From Acidimicrobiales bacterium (GTDB taxonomy: Bacteria; Actinomycetota; Acidimicrobiia; Acidimicrobiales; Iamiaceae): a stretch of 30,924 nt of DNA. The position numbers were made by a program, and so were the translations under genes. The stretch spans positions 1-30,924 of the forward strand of contig DASSYG010000365.1 in the NCBI GenBank assembly GCA_035703405.1, given 5' to 3'. Of the stretch, positions 17,225-26,271 are shown one piece after another; within the stretch, counting starts at the first letter, position 1; every line of letters begins with the position of its first letter. Below the pieces are notes generated by a model. It saw only the letters and a program-made list of their open reading frames with translations. It had not been told where the DNA came from and made no database searches.

Positions 17225-19074
17225 CGTGTCGTCTCCTCGAGTGTCGTCTCGTGCGCCGCATCGGCGCGGGGTCGTTGCTCATCCAGGGCCAGCGCCGCAC
17301 CGATCAGCGCCAGGTGCGTGAGCGCCTGGGGAAGATTGCCGAGAAACGCGCCGGTTTCCGGGTCGATCTCCTCGGCGTAGATGCCGACATCGTTGCCGAG
17401 TGCCACGAGTTCGTCCATCAGCGCCACGGCCTCGTCGCGCCGTCCCTGGAGTGCCAGCGCCTCGACCAGCCAGAACGAACACGTCAGGAACGCACCCTCG
17501 TCGCCATCGAGTCCGTCTTCACCCGAATAGCGATACACGAACGGGCCGTGTCCGAGTTCACGCCGCACGGCATCCACCGTGGAGGTCATCCGCGGATCAT
17601 CCGGGGGCCGATAGCCGAACAACACCCCGAGCAGCAGGCTCGCGTCGAGGTCGTCGCTGTGCGCGCTTCGCAGGTAGGTCTGTCGATCCTGTGACCAGCA
17701 CTGATCGTCGACGAACGCGCGGACCGCCTGGCCCGTGGCCGTCCAGCGCCCGACGTGCCGGTTCGGGATCGCCCCTTGTGCGGCGAGGGCGACCGCACGA
17801 TCCAACGCGACCACACACATCATCTTGGACTGGGTGAACTGCGCCAGCTCGCCACGCACCTCCCACAGCCCCGCATCGGGTGCATCCCAGCGTTCGCACA
17901 CCAGGTCGGCGGTCGCCGCGAACCGCTTCGCGATGTCGGGGTCGATGCGTCGACCGCCGGCGGCGTACAGCCAGACGGTCTGCATCAGGTCGCCGTACAC
18001 ATCGAGCTGGAGCTGACCCGACGCCCCGTTGCCCACCCGCACCGGCGTGGAGCCGCGGTACCCGGGCAGCCCGAGGGACCGTTCACCCGAGTCCTCGCCG
18101 CCGTCCATCCGGTACAGCACCCGCAACTCAGGATGGGTCCGCTGCGACGCCTGCATGAGCCACCAGAAGAACGCGTCGGCCTCTGCGAACATCTCCAGAC
18201 CCAGGAACGCCCCGAGCACGAACGCCGAATCGCGGACCCAGCAGAAGCGGTAGTCCCAGTTGCGTTCACCGCCGATCTCCTCGGGCAGCGACGTGGTGGC
18301 CGCCGCCGCGATCGCACCCGTGGGCGCATACACGAGCAGTTTCAGCGCCAGGACGCTGCGAACGACCGCGTCGTGCCAGTGACCGGTGTTCCCCAGTGAC
18401 GACACGACGTTGCGCCACAGGCGCGTCGTCGCGTCCAGTCGAGCTTCCACGTCGGCGCGGGTCGGCGACACCAGCGGCCCCTGATGCGCGAACGCGAGCG
18501 CGCAAAGTGCGGTCGACGCCGGGGTGACCACGAAGGAGCCTTCGAACCCATCGTCGACGAGTTCGGCGGCGCCGAAGTCCCAACCGAACAGCGCCACCGC
18601 GTCCGCCCCGCAGGTCGCGACCGGCAGCGTGCCACCTCGCAGCGACAACTCGGTCTTCCGTTGGCCGAACGCGAAACGAGGCGTCAGGCGCCAACGCATC
18701 GTCACGGTTCCGGTGAGACCTTCGATGCGCCTGACGAGTTCACGTTGGGGAGCGAGGCGCCCGGTCGGCACCGTCATCGCATCGGTGATGCGCACACTGC
18801 CCGATGCGGTGTGAAAAGTCGCCTCCAGCACGTTGGTGTCGGGCACGTAGCGTCGCTCCACCGTGGACGGCTCGGTCGGGCACACCTCGAAGCGGCCGCC
18901 CCCCTCGGCGTCGAGGAGCGCGTCGAACACCCCGGGAGAATCGATGTCGGGCGCGCACAGCCAGTCGATCGAACCGTCGCGCGCCACGAGTGCCACGGTG
19001 CGCCCGTCACCGATCGCGGCGTAATCCTGCAGTGGTGCGTAGCCGGCGACTCTTGTCGGCGGCGCGGGCTTCAT
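17221..19074 (-). CDS. Glycoside hydrolase family 15 (trehalase/glucoamylase-like)
   Basis: YAAIGDGRTVAL, RNWDYRFCWVRDS, GLWEVRG, YAEEID, GNLPQALTHL. Confidence 0.93.
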   Translation of the reverse strand: MKPAPPTRVAGYAPLQDYAAIGDGRTVALVARDGSIDWLCAPDIDSPGVFDALLDAEGGGRFEVCPTEPSTVERRYVPDTNVLEATFHTASGSVRITDAMTVPTGRLAPQRELVRRIEGLTGTVTMRWRLTPRFAFGQRKTELSLRGGTLPVATCGADAVALFGWDFGAAELVDDGFEGSFVVTPASTALCALAFAHQGPLVSPTRADVEARLDATTRLWRNVVSSLGNTGHWHDAVVRSVLALKLLVYAPTGAIAAAATTSLPEEIGGERNWDYRFCWVRDSAFVLGAFLGLEMFAEADAFFWWLMQASQRTHPELRVLYRMDGGEDSGERSLGLPGYRGSTPVRVGNGASGQLQLDVYGDLMQTVWLYAAGGRRIDPDIAKRFAATADLVCERWDAPDAGLWEVRGELAQFTQSKMMCVVALDRAVALAAQGAIPNRHVGRWTATGQAVRAFVDDQCWSQDRQTYLRSAHSDDLDASLLLGVLFGYRPPDDPRMTSTVDAVRRELGHGPFVYRYSGEDGLDGDEGAFLTCSFWLVEALALQGRRDEAVALMDELVALGNDVGIYAEEIDPETGAFLGNLPQALTHLALIGAALALDEQRPRADAAHETTLEETTR

Positions 19075-19312
19075 CGTTGCCGAAGCTATCCACGCAACGG
19101 CCGAATCGTGCCTCGCACTCCGTCGGGCGGTGTGGGATCCGACCGGTTCTCGGGCGAATCGGTATCACCGAGACCGCCTCCGGCAGGGCGACGCGTTCGT
19201 GCCGGTACGATGAAGCGCCGGACCGCACGGCCGTCGACGACGCTCGACGGTGCCAGGTGCGGTGTGACCAGTTCGCGAGATGCGCCCGTGTGGGCGCGAC
19301 CAGGAGCCTTCG

Positions 19313-20722
19313 ATGTCCCTACCCGATCTGATCGACCACGACACCCTGTCGTCCACGTTGTCCGAGGCGTTGCGTACCGGCGGAGAGTTCGCCGAGATCT
19401 TCGCCGAAGACAAGTCTTCGACGTCTGCACACCTCGACGACGGCCGCATCGAAGAACTGGTCTCGGGCCGTGACCGAGGCGCGGGCATCCGGGTCGTGCG
19501 CGGTGAGACCACCGGGTTCGCCCACACCGCGGACCTGTCAGCCGTTGGCCTGGCCGCAGCGGCCCGGGCTGCGGCGGCGGCCGCACACAGCGACGACGGC
19601 GGCGTCCACGAGATCTCCCTCGACGCGCACCTGGTGGATCACCCCTCACCGCCCAAGGTGCGTCCCGGTGACGTCGCCAAGGCCGACAAGGTCGCCCTGT
19701 TGCAACGCGCCGATGAGGCCGCCCGGGCCGGAGGGGCCGAGATCTCCCAGGTAGCGGTGAACTACGGCGATTCGCGCCGCCGGGTACTGATCGCCAACTC
19801 CGACGGGCTGCTCACCGGCGATGATCAGACCCGCACGCTGTTCAGCGTCGGTGCGGTCGCCACTGGCGACACCGGCATGCAGACCGGTCGCGAAGCCATC
19901 GGCCACACGGTGGGTTACGAGCTGTTCGACCGTTACGACGTCGACGAACTCGCCCGGGCCGCGTCGCAACGCGCCCGTACCAAACTCGCCGCCCGTCCGG
20001 CCCCAACCGGTGAGATGCCCGTGGTGATCGGCCCCGGCGGCGGCGGCGTGCTGTTCCATGAAGCCTGCGGACACGGTCTCGAAGCCGACCTCATCGCCAA
20101 GGGCGCGTCGGTGTTCGCCGGTCGCCGCGGCGAGAAGGTCGCTTCGGAGCTGGTGACCCTGATCGACGACGGCACCGTCGCTGGTGAATGGGGCGCGTAC
20201 GGCGTGGATGACGAGGGCACCCCCGCCCAGCGCAACGTGCTGATCGAGAACGGAATCCTCACCGACTACATGTGGGACTTCCTGCGGGCCCGCAAGGAAG
20301 GCCGAGCGCGCTCTGGCAACGGACGCCGCCAGAACTACCAGTTCCTGCCGATGGTGCGCATGACCAACACGTTCATCTTGAACGGGCCCGACAACCCCGA
20401 CGACATCGTCGCCGGCACCGACCACGGCGTGTACGTCGCCAAGCTCGGCGGCGGTCAGGTCAACACCGCCACCGGCGACTTCGTGTTCGGCATGACCGAG
20501 GCGTACCTGATCGAGAACGGCCGCATCACCGAGCCGCTGCGAGAGGGCAACCTGATCGGCAACGGCCCGGGCGTGCTGGCCGCGATCGACGCCGTGGGCA
20601 ACGACTTCGCGTTCGGCCCGCCCGGAACGTGCGGCAAGGACGGCCAGGGCGTGCCGGTGGGTGACGGCGTTCCCACGCTGCGGGTCCCGACCGGTCTGAC
20701 CATCGGAGGCCAGGCGGCATGA
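19313..20722 (+). CDS. tldD: TldD metalloprotease subunit
   Basis: RBS caggag at 19301-19306; LFHEACGHGLEAD zinc motif, DDEG, RMTNT, CGKDGQGVPV. Confidence 0.93.
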   Translation: MSLPDLIDHDTLSSTLSEALRTGGEFAEIFAEDKSSTSAHLDDGRIEELVSGRDRGAGIRVVRGETTGFAHTADLSAVGLAAAARAAAAAAHSDDGGVHEISLDAHLVDHPSPPKVRPGDVAKADKVALLQRADEAARAGGAEISQVAVNYGDSRRRVLIANSDGLLTGDDQTRTLFSVGAVATGDTGMQTGREAIGHTVGYELFDRYDVDELARAASQRARTKLAARPAPTGEMPVVIGPGGGGVLFHEACGHGLEADLIAKGASVFAGRRGEKVASELVTLIDDGTVAGEWGAYGVDDEGTPAQRNVLIENGILTDYMWDFLRARKEGRARSGNGRRQNYQFLPMVRMTNTFILNGPDNPDDIVAGTDHGVYVAKLGGGQVNTATGDFVFGMTEAYLIENGRITEPLREGNLIGNGPGVLAAIDAVGNDFAFGPPGTCGKDGQGVPVGDGVPTLRVPTGLTIGGQAA

Positions 20723-22062
20723 GTGACGAACTGCTCGAACTCGCCGACCGGGTGATCGGCTGGGCCCGCGACGACGAACAAGTCGAAGTGGTCGTCGGCC
20801 GCTCGACCGAAACCGAGATCCGCGTCTACGAAGGCGACATCGAGTCATTGTCTTCTGCGGGCACCGCCGGGGTCGGCGTGCGCGTGATCTCACAGAACCG
20901 TCAGGGTTTCGCCTATGCGGGCACCCTCGACGCCGACGTGCTCGGCGAGGTGCTGGCCGAGGCCCGCGACAACGCCACCTTCGCCACCGAGGACGAATTC
21001 CTCGGCCTCGCCGAACCCGACGGTGTGCCCGTGCCAGAACTGGATCTGTACCGAGCGTCGCTCGAATCGGTGCCGACCGAGGACAAGGTGGCGCTCGCGC
21101 TCGAACTCGAAGCGTCGGTGCGTGCCGCGGACGACCGGATCACCGGCGTCGAATCGGCCGAATACGGCGACGCCATCGGTGAAGGGGTCGTGGTCACCAC
21201 GACCGGGATCCGTTCGGCCGGCCGTGAATCGGCGTGTTACGTGGGCGCGTATCCGCTCGCGAAGCAGGGCGAGGAGACCAAGACCGGTTTCGGCTTTTCG
21301 GTGGGCCGTGAACCCGCCGACGTCGACGTGGCCGCCGCTGCCGCCGACGCGGCCCGTCGGGCGACCCGTCTGCTGGGGGCAACCAAACCCACCGGCGGAC
21401 GCATGACCGTGGTGTTCGACCCGTTCGTGACCGCCCAGTTCCTCGGCATCATCGCCGGCACCATGAACGGCGAAGCGGTCAACAAGGGCCGGTCGCTGTT
21501 CGCGGGACGCCTGGGTGAAGCGATCGCGAACCCGATCGTGACCCTTGTGGACGACCCGACCGACCCGCGCGCCTACCGGGCGACCGAAGCCGACGGTGAA
21601 GGCCTCGCCACCCGCCGCAACGTGCTGATCGACGGTGGCGACCTGCAGATGTTCCTGCACAACACCTACTCAGCCCGCCGCGCCGGGGCCAACTCGACCG
21701 GCTCGGCGGTGCGCGGGTTCAAGTCCACACCCGGGGTCGGTGCCCGGGCAGTCCAACTCACACCCGGATCCAACGATCAGGCCGCGCTGCTCGCCGAGGT
21801 CGGCGAAGGGATTCTCGTGTCGTCGGTGTCGGGCCTGCACTCGGGCGTCAACCCGGTCAGCGGTGACTTCTCCACCGGTGCCGAAGGGCTGCGGATCGCC
21901 GGTGGATCGTTGGGCGAACCGCTCAAGGAGTTCACAGTCGCCTCGACGCTGCAACGGATGCTGCTGGACGTGGCCGCGGTCGGCAATGACGTCGAATGGC
22001 TCCCCATGGGCGCGGCTGGCGTCAGTCTCGTCATCGGTGACGTGTCGGTGTCGGGTCTCTAA
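20719..22062 (+). CDS. pmbA: TldE/PmbA subunit
   Basis: ATGA overlap with tldD; DGEG, VNPVSGDFSTG; no HExxxH motif. Confidence 0.9.
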   Translation: MSDELLELADRVIGWARDDEQVEVVVGRSTETEIRVYEGDIESLSSAGTAGVGVRVISQNRQGFAYAGTLDADVLGEVLAEARDNATFATEDEFLGLAEPDGVPVPELDLYRASLESVPTEDKVALALELEASVRAADDRITGVESAEYGDAIGEGVVVTTTGIRSAGRESACYVGAYPLAKQGEETKTGFGFSVGREPADVDVAAAAADAARRATRLLGATKPTGGRMTVVFDPFVTAQFLGIIAGTMNGEAVNKGRSLFAGRLGEAIANPIVTLVDDPTDPRAYRATEADGEGLATRRNVLIDGGDLQMFLHNTYSARRAGANSTGSAVRGFKSTPGVGARAVQLTPGSNDQAALLAEVGEGILVSSVSGLHSGVNPVSGDFSTGAEGLRIAGGSLGEPLKEFTVASTLQRMLLDVAAVGNDVEWLPMGAAGVSLVIGDVSVSGL

Positions 22063-22118
22063 CTCGCCACCACTCACGCATCATCGGGCCGAGCGCAGCG
22101 GTGTCGGCCTGAACTGCT

Positions 22119-22187
22119 TCAGTGCAAGACGGCGGCGATGTCGGTTTGACCGAAGTCGGTTCCCTTGAACAACAGCGCCGCACCCGA
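22119..22187 (-). pseudogene. Relic of the C-terminus of a VapC (PIN) toxin
   Basis: Translates SGAALLFKGTDFGQTDIAAVLH*, resembling the LLFKGxDFxxTDI tail of VapC proteins; no upstream PIN sequence recognisable. Confidence 0.55.
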
Positions 22188-22297
22188 CGGAGGGCGATGT
22201 GGCGAGGTCCACCGCCTTCATCATCGGACCGGCGGCGTGGTAGTCCACTGGGGAGTGAGCGAGATCCTGTCTCGTTTGCAGAATCGAGGACCACACC

Positions 22298-22702
22298 ATG
22301 ACCACCTTCACCGGAATTTCCCATGTCGATCTGACCGTCTCCGACGTCGAAGCCAGCGCCGAGTGGTACGCGAAAGTGCTGGGGTTGAAGCGGTTGGCAC
22401 GCCAAGACCTCGACGGGCGGGTCATGGTCGTGTTGGCGCACCCCGAAACCCGTCTCGTGATCGGGCTCAACCAGCACGAAGGCCGCACGGCCGATCGATT
22501 CGACGAACGAAACCCGGGGCTCGACCACATCGGCTTCTCCGTGGAGCAGCGCGACGACCTGGTCGCACTGGACAAGCATCTGACGGCACTCAGGGTCGAC
22601 CATTCGCCAGTCACCGACGCCCCATCGGGTTCGGGCACGGCGCTCGTGTTCCGCGACCCCGACAACATCCAGCTCGAGTACTGGTGGACCGCACCGCGCT
22701 GA
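22298..22702 (+). CDS. VOC/glyoxalase family protein
   Basis: ISHVDLTVSD...WY..VLG, GLDHIGF, FRDPDNIQLE; RBS gagga upstream. Confidence 0.9.
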   Translation: MTTFTGISHVDLTVSDVEASAEWYAKVLGLKRLARQDLDGRVMVVLAHPETRLVIGLNQHEGRTADRFDERNPGLDHIGFSVEQRDDLVALDKHLTALRVDHSPVTDAPSGSGTALVFRDPDNIQLEYWWTAPR

Positions 22703-22772
22703 GTCTCATCGTCGGTCGGGCATCAACCTGCTTCGGTCCGGAGACCGGCGCCTTCTACGATGCTCGGACGCC

Positions 22773-23114
22773 ATGACCTCGTCCTCGACTCCGTCCTTTC
22801 TGTCCGACCTGGACACATTCCTGCGTGCCCGGCTCGTCGACGCGCCGGAAGGGTCCTATTCGAGTCGGGTCATGGCCGACCCGGTGCTCGCCCAACGCAA
22901 GATCATGGAGGAAGCCTTCGAGGTCTGCCTGGAGCTGGGTGCCCGACACCCCGACCTCACGGCCACCGCCGAGGAGGCCGCCGATCTGCTCTTCCACCTC
23001 GTCGCGGCGCTCGTCGGTGCCGGTGTGGCCTGGGCCGACGTCGAGGCCGCACTGCGCGAACGCCACCAGCGCCCCGCCCGGGACAGCACCTATGGCAGCG
23101 AGGAGACATCGTGA
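22773..23114 (+). CDS. hisE: Phosphoribosyl-ATP pyrophosphatase
   Basis: GSYS, RKIMEEAFEV, EEAADLLFH. Confidence 0.88.
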   Translation: MTSSSTPSFLSDLDTFLRARLVDAPEGSYSSRVMADPVLAQRKIMEEAFEVCLELGARHPDLTATAEEAADLLFHLVAALVGAGVAWADVEAALRERHQRPARDSTYGSEETS

Positions 23115-23962
23115 CCCCGTCGACGGGGACCAGGATCGCGGTTCCCTCCAAGGGACGCCTTCGTGACGCGGCTCTCGACCTGCTCGCGGCCGCGGGATAC
23201 CCGGTCTCGGGGCTGCGCGGCCGGGGCTCGATCGTGCAGGCCGAAGACCTGGAACTCATCGAGATGCGTCCCCGAGATGCCGCCGCGGCGCTCGCTGCGG
23301 GCACGCTCGACGCGGCGTTTCTCGCCACCGACATCGCACTGGAGCACGACGTCGCCGACCTGGGTTACCTCGCCCTCGGGCGGGCCCGGTCGACGCTCGT
23401 GGTGGCGGGGCGCGACGACGACGGTCCCGCGTCACTCGCGGAACTGACCGGTGGCGTCGTCGCCACCCACATGCCGAACCTGACGCAGCGGTTCCTCGCC
23501 GAGCACGGCGTCGAGGTGACGATCCTGTCGATGGGTGGATCACTCGAAGGGGTCTGCGCTGCGGGTATCGCCGATGCGATCGTCGACAACACCGAGACCG
23601 GTACGAGCCTGCGCCAGAACAGGCTCCGCGTCCTTGCGACCATCGCCGAGTGCGAGGCCGAACTGCGCTACCGAGAAGGCAACGACGAACTCGACGACCT
23701 GGTGTTGCGCCTCGACGCCGCCATGCACGCCGCCGCGCACCGCTATGTGATGCTGCATCTGCCCGCCGACCGGATCGAACAGTTGCGGTCGATCTTTCCC
23801 GGGCTGGCCTCACCCACGGTCCTGCCCCTGGCCGGACGCGACGACCTCGTCGCGGTGCACCTGGTCGTGGAGACCACCGCGTTGTGGCGCCGTCTCGGCG
23901 AGCTGCGGACCATGGGCGCGACGGGAATCGTCGCCCTACCTCCCGACGCCTTGCTCCCCTGA
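23111..23962 (+). CDS. hisG: ATP phosphoribosyltransferase, long form
   Basis: GTG 23111 overlaps the hisE stop, RBS aggag; IAVPSKGRL, MRPRD, DAIVDNTETGTSLRQN, PGLASPTV. Confidence 0.93.
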   Translation: MTPSTGTRIAVPSKGRLRDAALDLLAAAGYPVSGLRGRGSIVQAEDLELIEMRPRDAAAALAAGTLDAAFLATDIALEHDVADLGYLALGRARSTLVVAGRDDDGPASLAELTGGVVATHMPNLTQRFLAEHGVEVTILSMGGSLEGVCAAGIADAIVDNTETGTSLRQNRLRVLATIAECEAELRYREGNDELDDLVLRLDAAMHAAAHRYVMLHLPADRIEQLRSIFPGLASPTVLPLAGRDDLVAVHLVVETTALWRRLGELRTMGATGIVALPPDALLP

Positions 23963-24004
23963 GCACGGTGCCAGCCGGTCCGGTCCTCCTCTGCATCCCG
24001 TCGC

Positions 24005-24045
24005 ACTTCGGGACGTCCTACCGATTCTTCTGAACCTCCCGAAGT
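24005..24045. terminator. Inverted repeat between convergent hisG and fmdB, possible terminator
   Basis: ACTTCGGGA (24005-24013) and TCCCGAAGT (24037-24045): perfect 9-bp stem, 23-nt loop. Confidence 0.4.
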
Positions 24046-24054
24046 TCGGGGTGG

Positions 24055-24438
24055 TCAGTCCGATGACGACGACGAGGACGATGCCTTCGAGGTCGACTTC
24101 GCCGAACCGGACGACTTGGACGAATCCGACTTCTTCGCGGATGAGTCCGCGCCGTTGCTCGACGATGCCGACGTCGACGAGTCACCAGATGACGACCCTG
24201 TCGCATCCGAAGACGACCCGGCCGAATCCGACGAGCCCGACCCCGTGGTCGCCTTCTTCTTCGCGCCCGAGTCGTTCACGTAGAACCCCGAGCCCTTGAA
24301 GGCGATCCCGACGCTGCCGAACACCTTCTTGAGCCGACCACCACAGTCGGGGCACTCGGTCAAGGCGTCGTCGGTGAACGCCTGAACGATGTCGAACGTG
24401 TGACCACAGTCGGCGCAACGATATTCATAGGTGGGCAT
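24055..24438 (-). CDS. FmdB-family zinc-ribbon protein (Rv0991c/Ruc-like) with Ser-rich tail
   Basis: MPTYEYRCADCGH...ECPDCGG...FKGSGFYVND from ATG 24438. Confidence 0.92.
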   Translation of the reverse strand: MPTYEYRCADCGHTFDIVQAFTDDALTECPDCGGRLKKVFGSVGIAFKGSGFYVNDSGAKKKATTGSGSSDSAGSSSDATGSSSGDSSTSASSSNGADSSAKKSDSSKSSGSAKSTSKASSSSSSSD

Positions 24439-24536
24439 GGAACAAACCTCGGTCGATCCAGCGGGGAATTTCACCCGACTCCAAAACACGGTGGCCGCTC
24501 CGGAGTTCGTCACCGCGTCCGGCGGCTCTGGCCCTC

Positions 24537-24567
24537 CTGGCACTCGGCCACGTCGACTGCCAGCATA
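24537..24567 (-). promoter_or_regulatory. CIRCE-like HrcA operator overlapping a TATGCT -10 box upstream of the FmdB-family gene
   Basis: CTGGCACTC-N9-GACTGCCAG at 24537-24563; minus-strand TATGCT at 24567-24562. Confidence 0.7.
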
Positions 24568-24717
24568 CCGGCAGGTCGCTCACCTGCCCGAACCGGGTCG
24601 GCGCAATGCCCGCTGGCCGGGCCGGTCGGGGTGCTCCGATAGCATGTCGTGACCCGGGGCTCGATGGTGCGCATCGAGTGGGAGCAACTCGAATCGTCCA
24701 GAAAGGAGTCGGCGCTC

Positions 24718-25611
24718 GTGAGCAATGACGTCAAGTGTGCCGTGATCCCCGCGGCGGGCCTCGGTACCCGTTTTCTCCCGGCCACCAAGGCGCAGCCCAA
24801 GGAGATGCTCCCGGTCGTCGACAAACCGGCCATCCAGTACGTGGTCGAAGAGGCGGTCCAGGCGGGGATCGACGACATCCTCATCATCACCGGCCGAGGC
24901 AAACGCAGCATCGAGGACCACTTCGACCGGCAGTTCGAACTCGAGTACTTCCTGGAGGCCAAGGGCAAGGACCGGATGCTCACCGAGGTCCGGGAGCTCG
25001 CCGACCTCGCCGACATCCACTACGTCCGCCAGGGTGAACCCCTCGGCCTCGGTCATGCGGTGTCGGTGGCTCGCAAACACGTCGGCGACCGGCCGTTCGC
25101 GGTGATGCTCGGCGACGATCTCATGGTCGACGACTCCAAGGTGCTCCGTGCGATGATCGCCGCGCACGGGGTCCACGATGCGCCGGTCGTGGCGCTGCGC
25201 CAGGTGCCCGAAGCAGAGATCAGCTCCTATGGGTGTGCCGACATCGGGGGCATCGATCCTGGCGACGAGCCGGGTGTGGTGCAGATCCGGGGCATCGTCG
25301 AGAAACCCGAGCCCTCCGAAGCTCCGTCGTCGATGGCGGTGATGGGCCGCTACGTGTTCACGCCCGAGATCTTCGACATCCTCGACCGTGTCCAGCCGGG
25401 TGTCGGCGGCGAGATCCAACTCACCGACGCCATCGCCGAGTTGATCACGGTCGGCGACGTGTACGGCTACGTGTTCTCCGAAGGACGCTACGACATCGGC
25501 GCCAAGCTCGACTACCTGCGGGCCACGGTCGAGCTGGCGTTGCAGCGTGACGACCTCGGTGCGCCCTTCGAGGCATTCCTGGTCGAGCTCATGGCGCGGC
25601 GGTCCAGATGA
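24718..25611 (+). CDS. galU: UTP--glucose-1-phosphate uridylyltransferase
   Basis: AVIPAAGLGTRFLPATKAQPKEMLPVVDKP, GLGHAV, VEKP; RBS aaggag before GTG 24718. Confidence 0.96.
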   Translation: MSNDVKCAVIPAAGLGTRFLPATKAQPKEMLPVVDKPAIQYVVEEAVQAGIDDILIITGRGKRSIEDHFDRQFELEYFLEAKGKDRMLTEVRELADLADIHYVRQGEPLGLGHAVSVARKHVGDRPFAVMLGDDLMVDDSKVLRAMIAAHGVHDAPVVALRQVPEAEISSYGCADIGGIDPGDEPGVVQIRGIVEKPEPSEAPSSMAVMGRYVFTPEIFDILDRVQPGVGGEIQLTDAIAELITVGDVYGYVFSEGRYDIGAKLDYLRATVELALQRDDLGAPFEAFLVELMARRSR

Positions 25612-26114
25612 CGGCCCGACGGTTTCTCGATCCGCTCGCCACCGCACGGGCGACCGAGACGGGTATCAAAGAGGTCACTCATCGACGGGCCGTCGCTCGT
25701 GGCCGGGTCCACATGTCGCCCGAGACGACCTCGCTGGTGGCTCGGGGCGCGGTGTCCAAGGGAGATGTGCTGGCGGTCGCCCGGGTCGCGGGGATCCAGG
25801 CCGCCAAACGCGCCTCGGATCTGTTGCCGATGTGTCACCCCGTGCTGGTCGGATCGGTGTCGGTGAACTTCCGTGTCGAGGATGCGTTCATCGAGGTCGA
25901 GGCCCAGGTCGACACCGTCGATCGCACCGGCGTCGCGATGGAGGCGATGACCGCGTGCACGGTGGCGTGCCTGTCGATCTATGACATGTGCAAGTCGGCG
26001 GATCGGGCGATGACCGTCGACGACGTGTCCCTGTGGGAGACCACCGGCGGTGCCTCCGGACCCTACCGTCGAGATTCGACTGGCGAATATGACGGCGCCG
26101 TAGTAGAACCGTAA
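25608..26114 (+). CDS. moaC: Cyclic pyranopterin monophosphate synthase MoaC-like, with degenerate motifs
   Basis: KGDVLAVARVAGIQAAKR, PMCHP and YDMCK retained; N-terminal MVDV, GVEME and KxGG motifs altered. Confidence 0.85.
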   Translation: MTARRFLDPLATARATETGIKEVTHRRAVARGRVHMSPETTSLVARGAVSKGDVLAVARVAGIQAAKRASDLLPMCHPVLVGSVSVNFRVEDAFIEVEAQVDTVDRTGVAMEAMTACTVACLSIYDMCKSADRAMTVDDVSLWETTGGASGPYRRDSTGEYDGAVVEP

Positions 26115-26271
26115 CAACCACGACACGACCGTCATCGGGAATCCGAGGCGCACGCGTGCCGTGGGGGTGTGCCACGATCGGCCCACGTCCTCGTCCGAAC
26201 CGACCGGGTATCCACCAATTCAGCAAGGTGGCGGAACTACGGTCACATTCACGTAAAGGCAGGCACGGAGC

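Noticed and set aside
19313-22062. tldD/pmbA as part of a RiPP or microcin cluster
   Set aside because: No precursor peptide, YcaO or transporter nearby; looks like the housekeeping pair.
22760-23110. Apparent long N-terminal extension of HisG
   Set aside because: This stretch encodes hisE in another frame; hisG has its own RBS and GTG at 23111.
24060-24283. Very acidic Asp/Glu-rich plus-strand reading
   Set aside because: Antisense image of the Ser-rich FmdB tail; no start or RBS.
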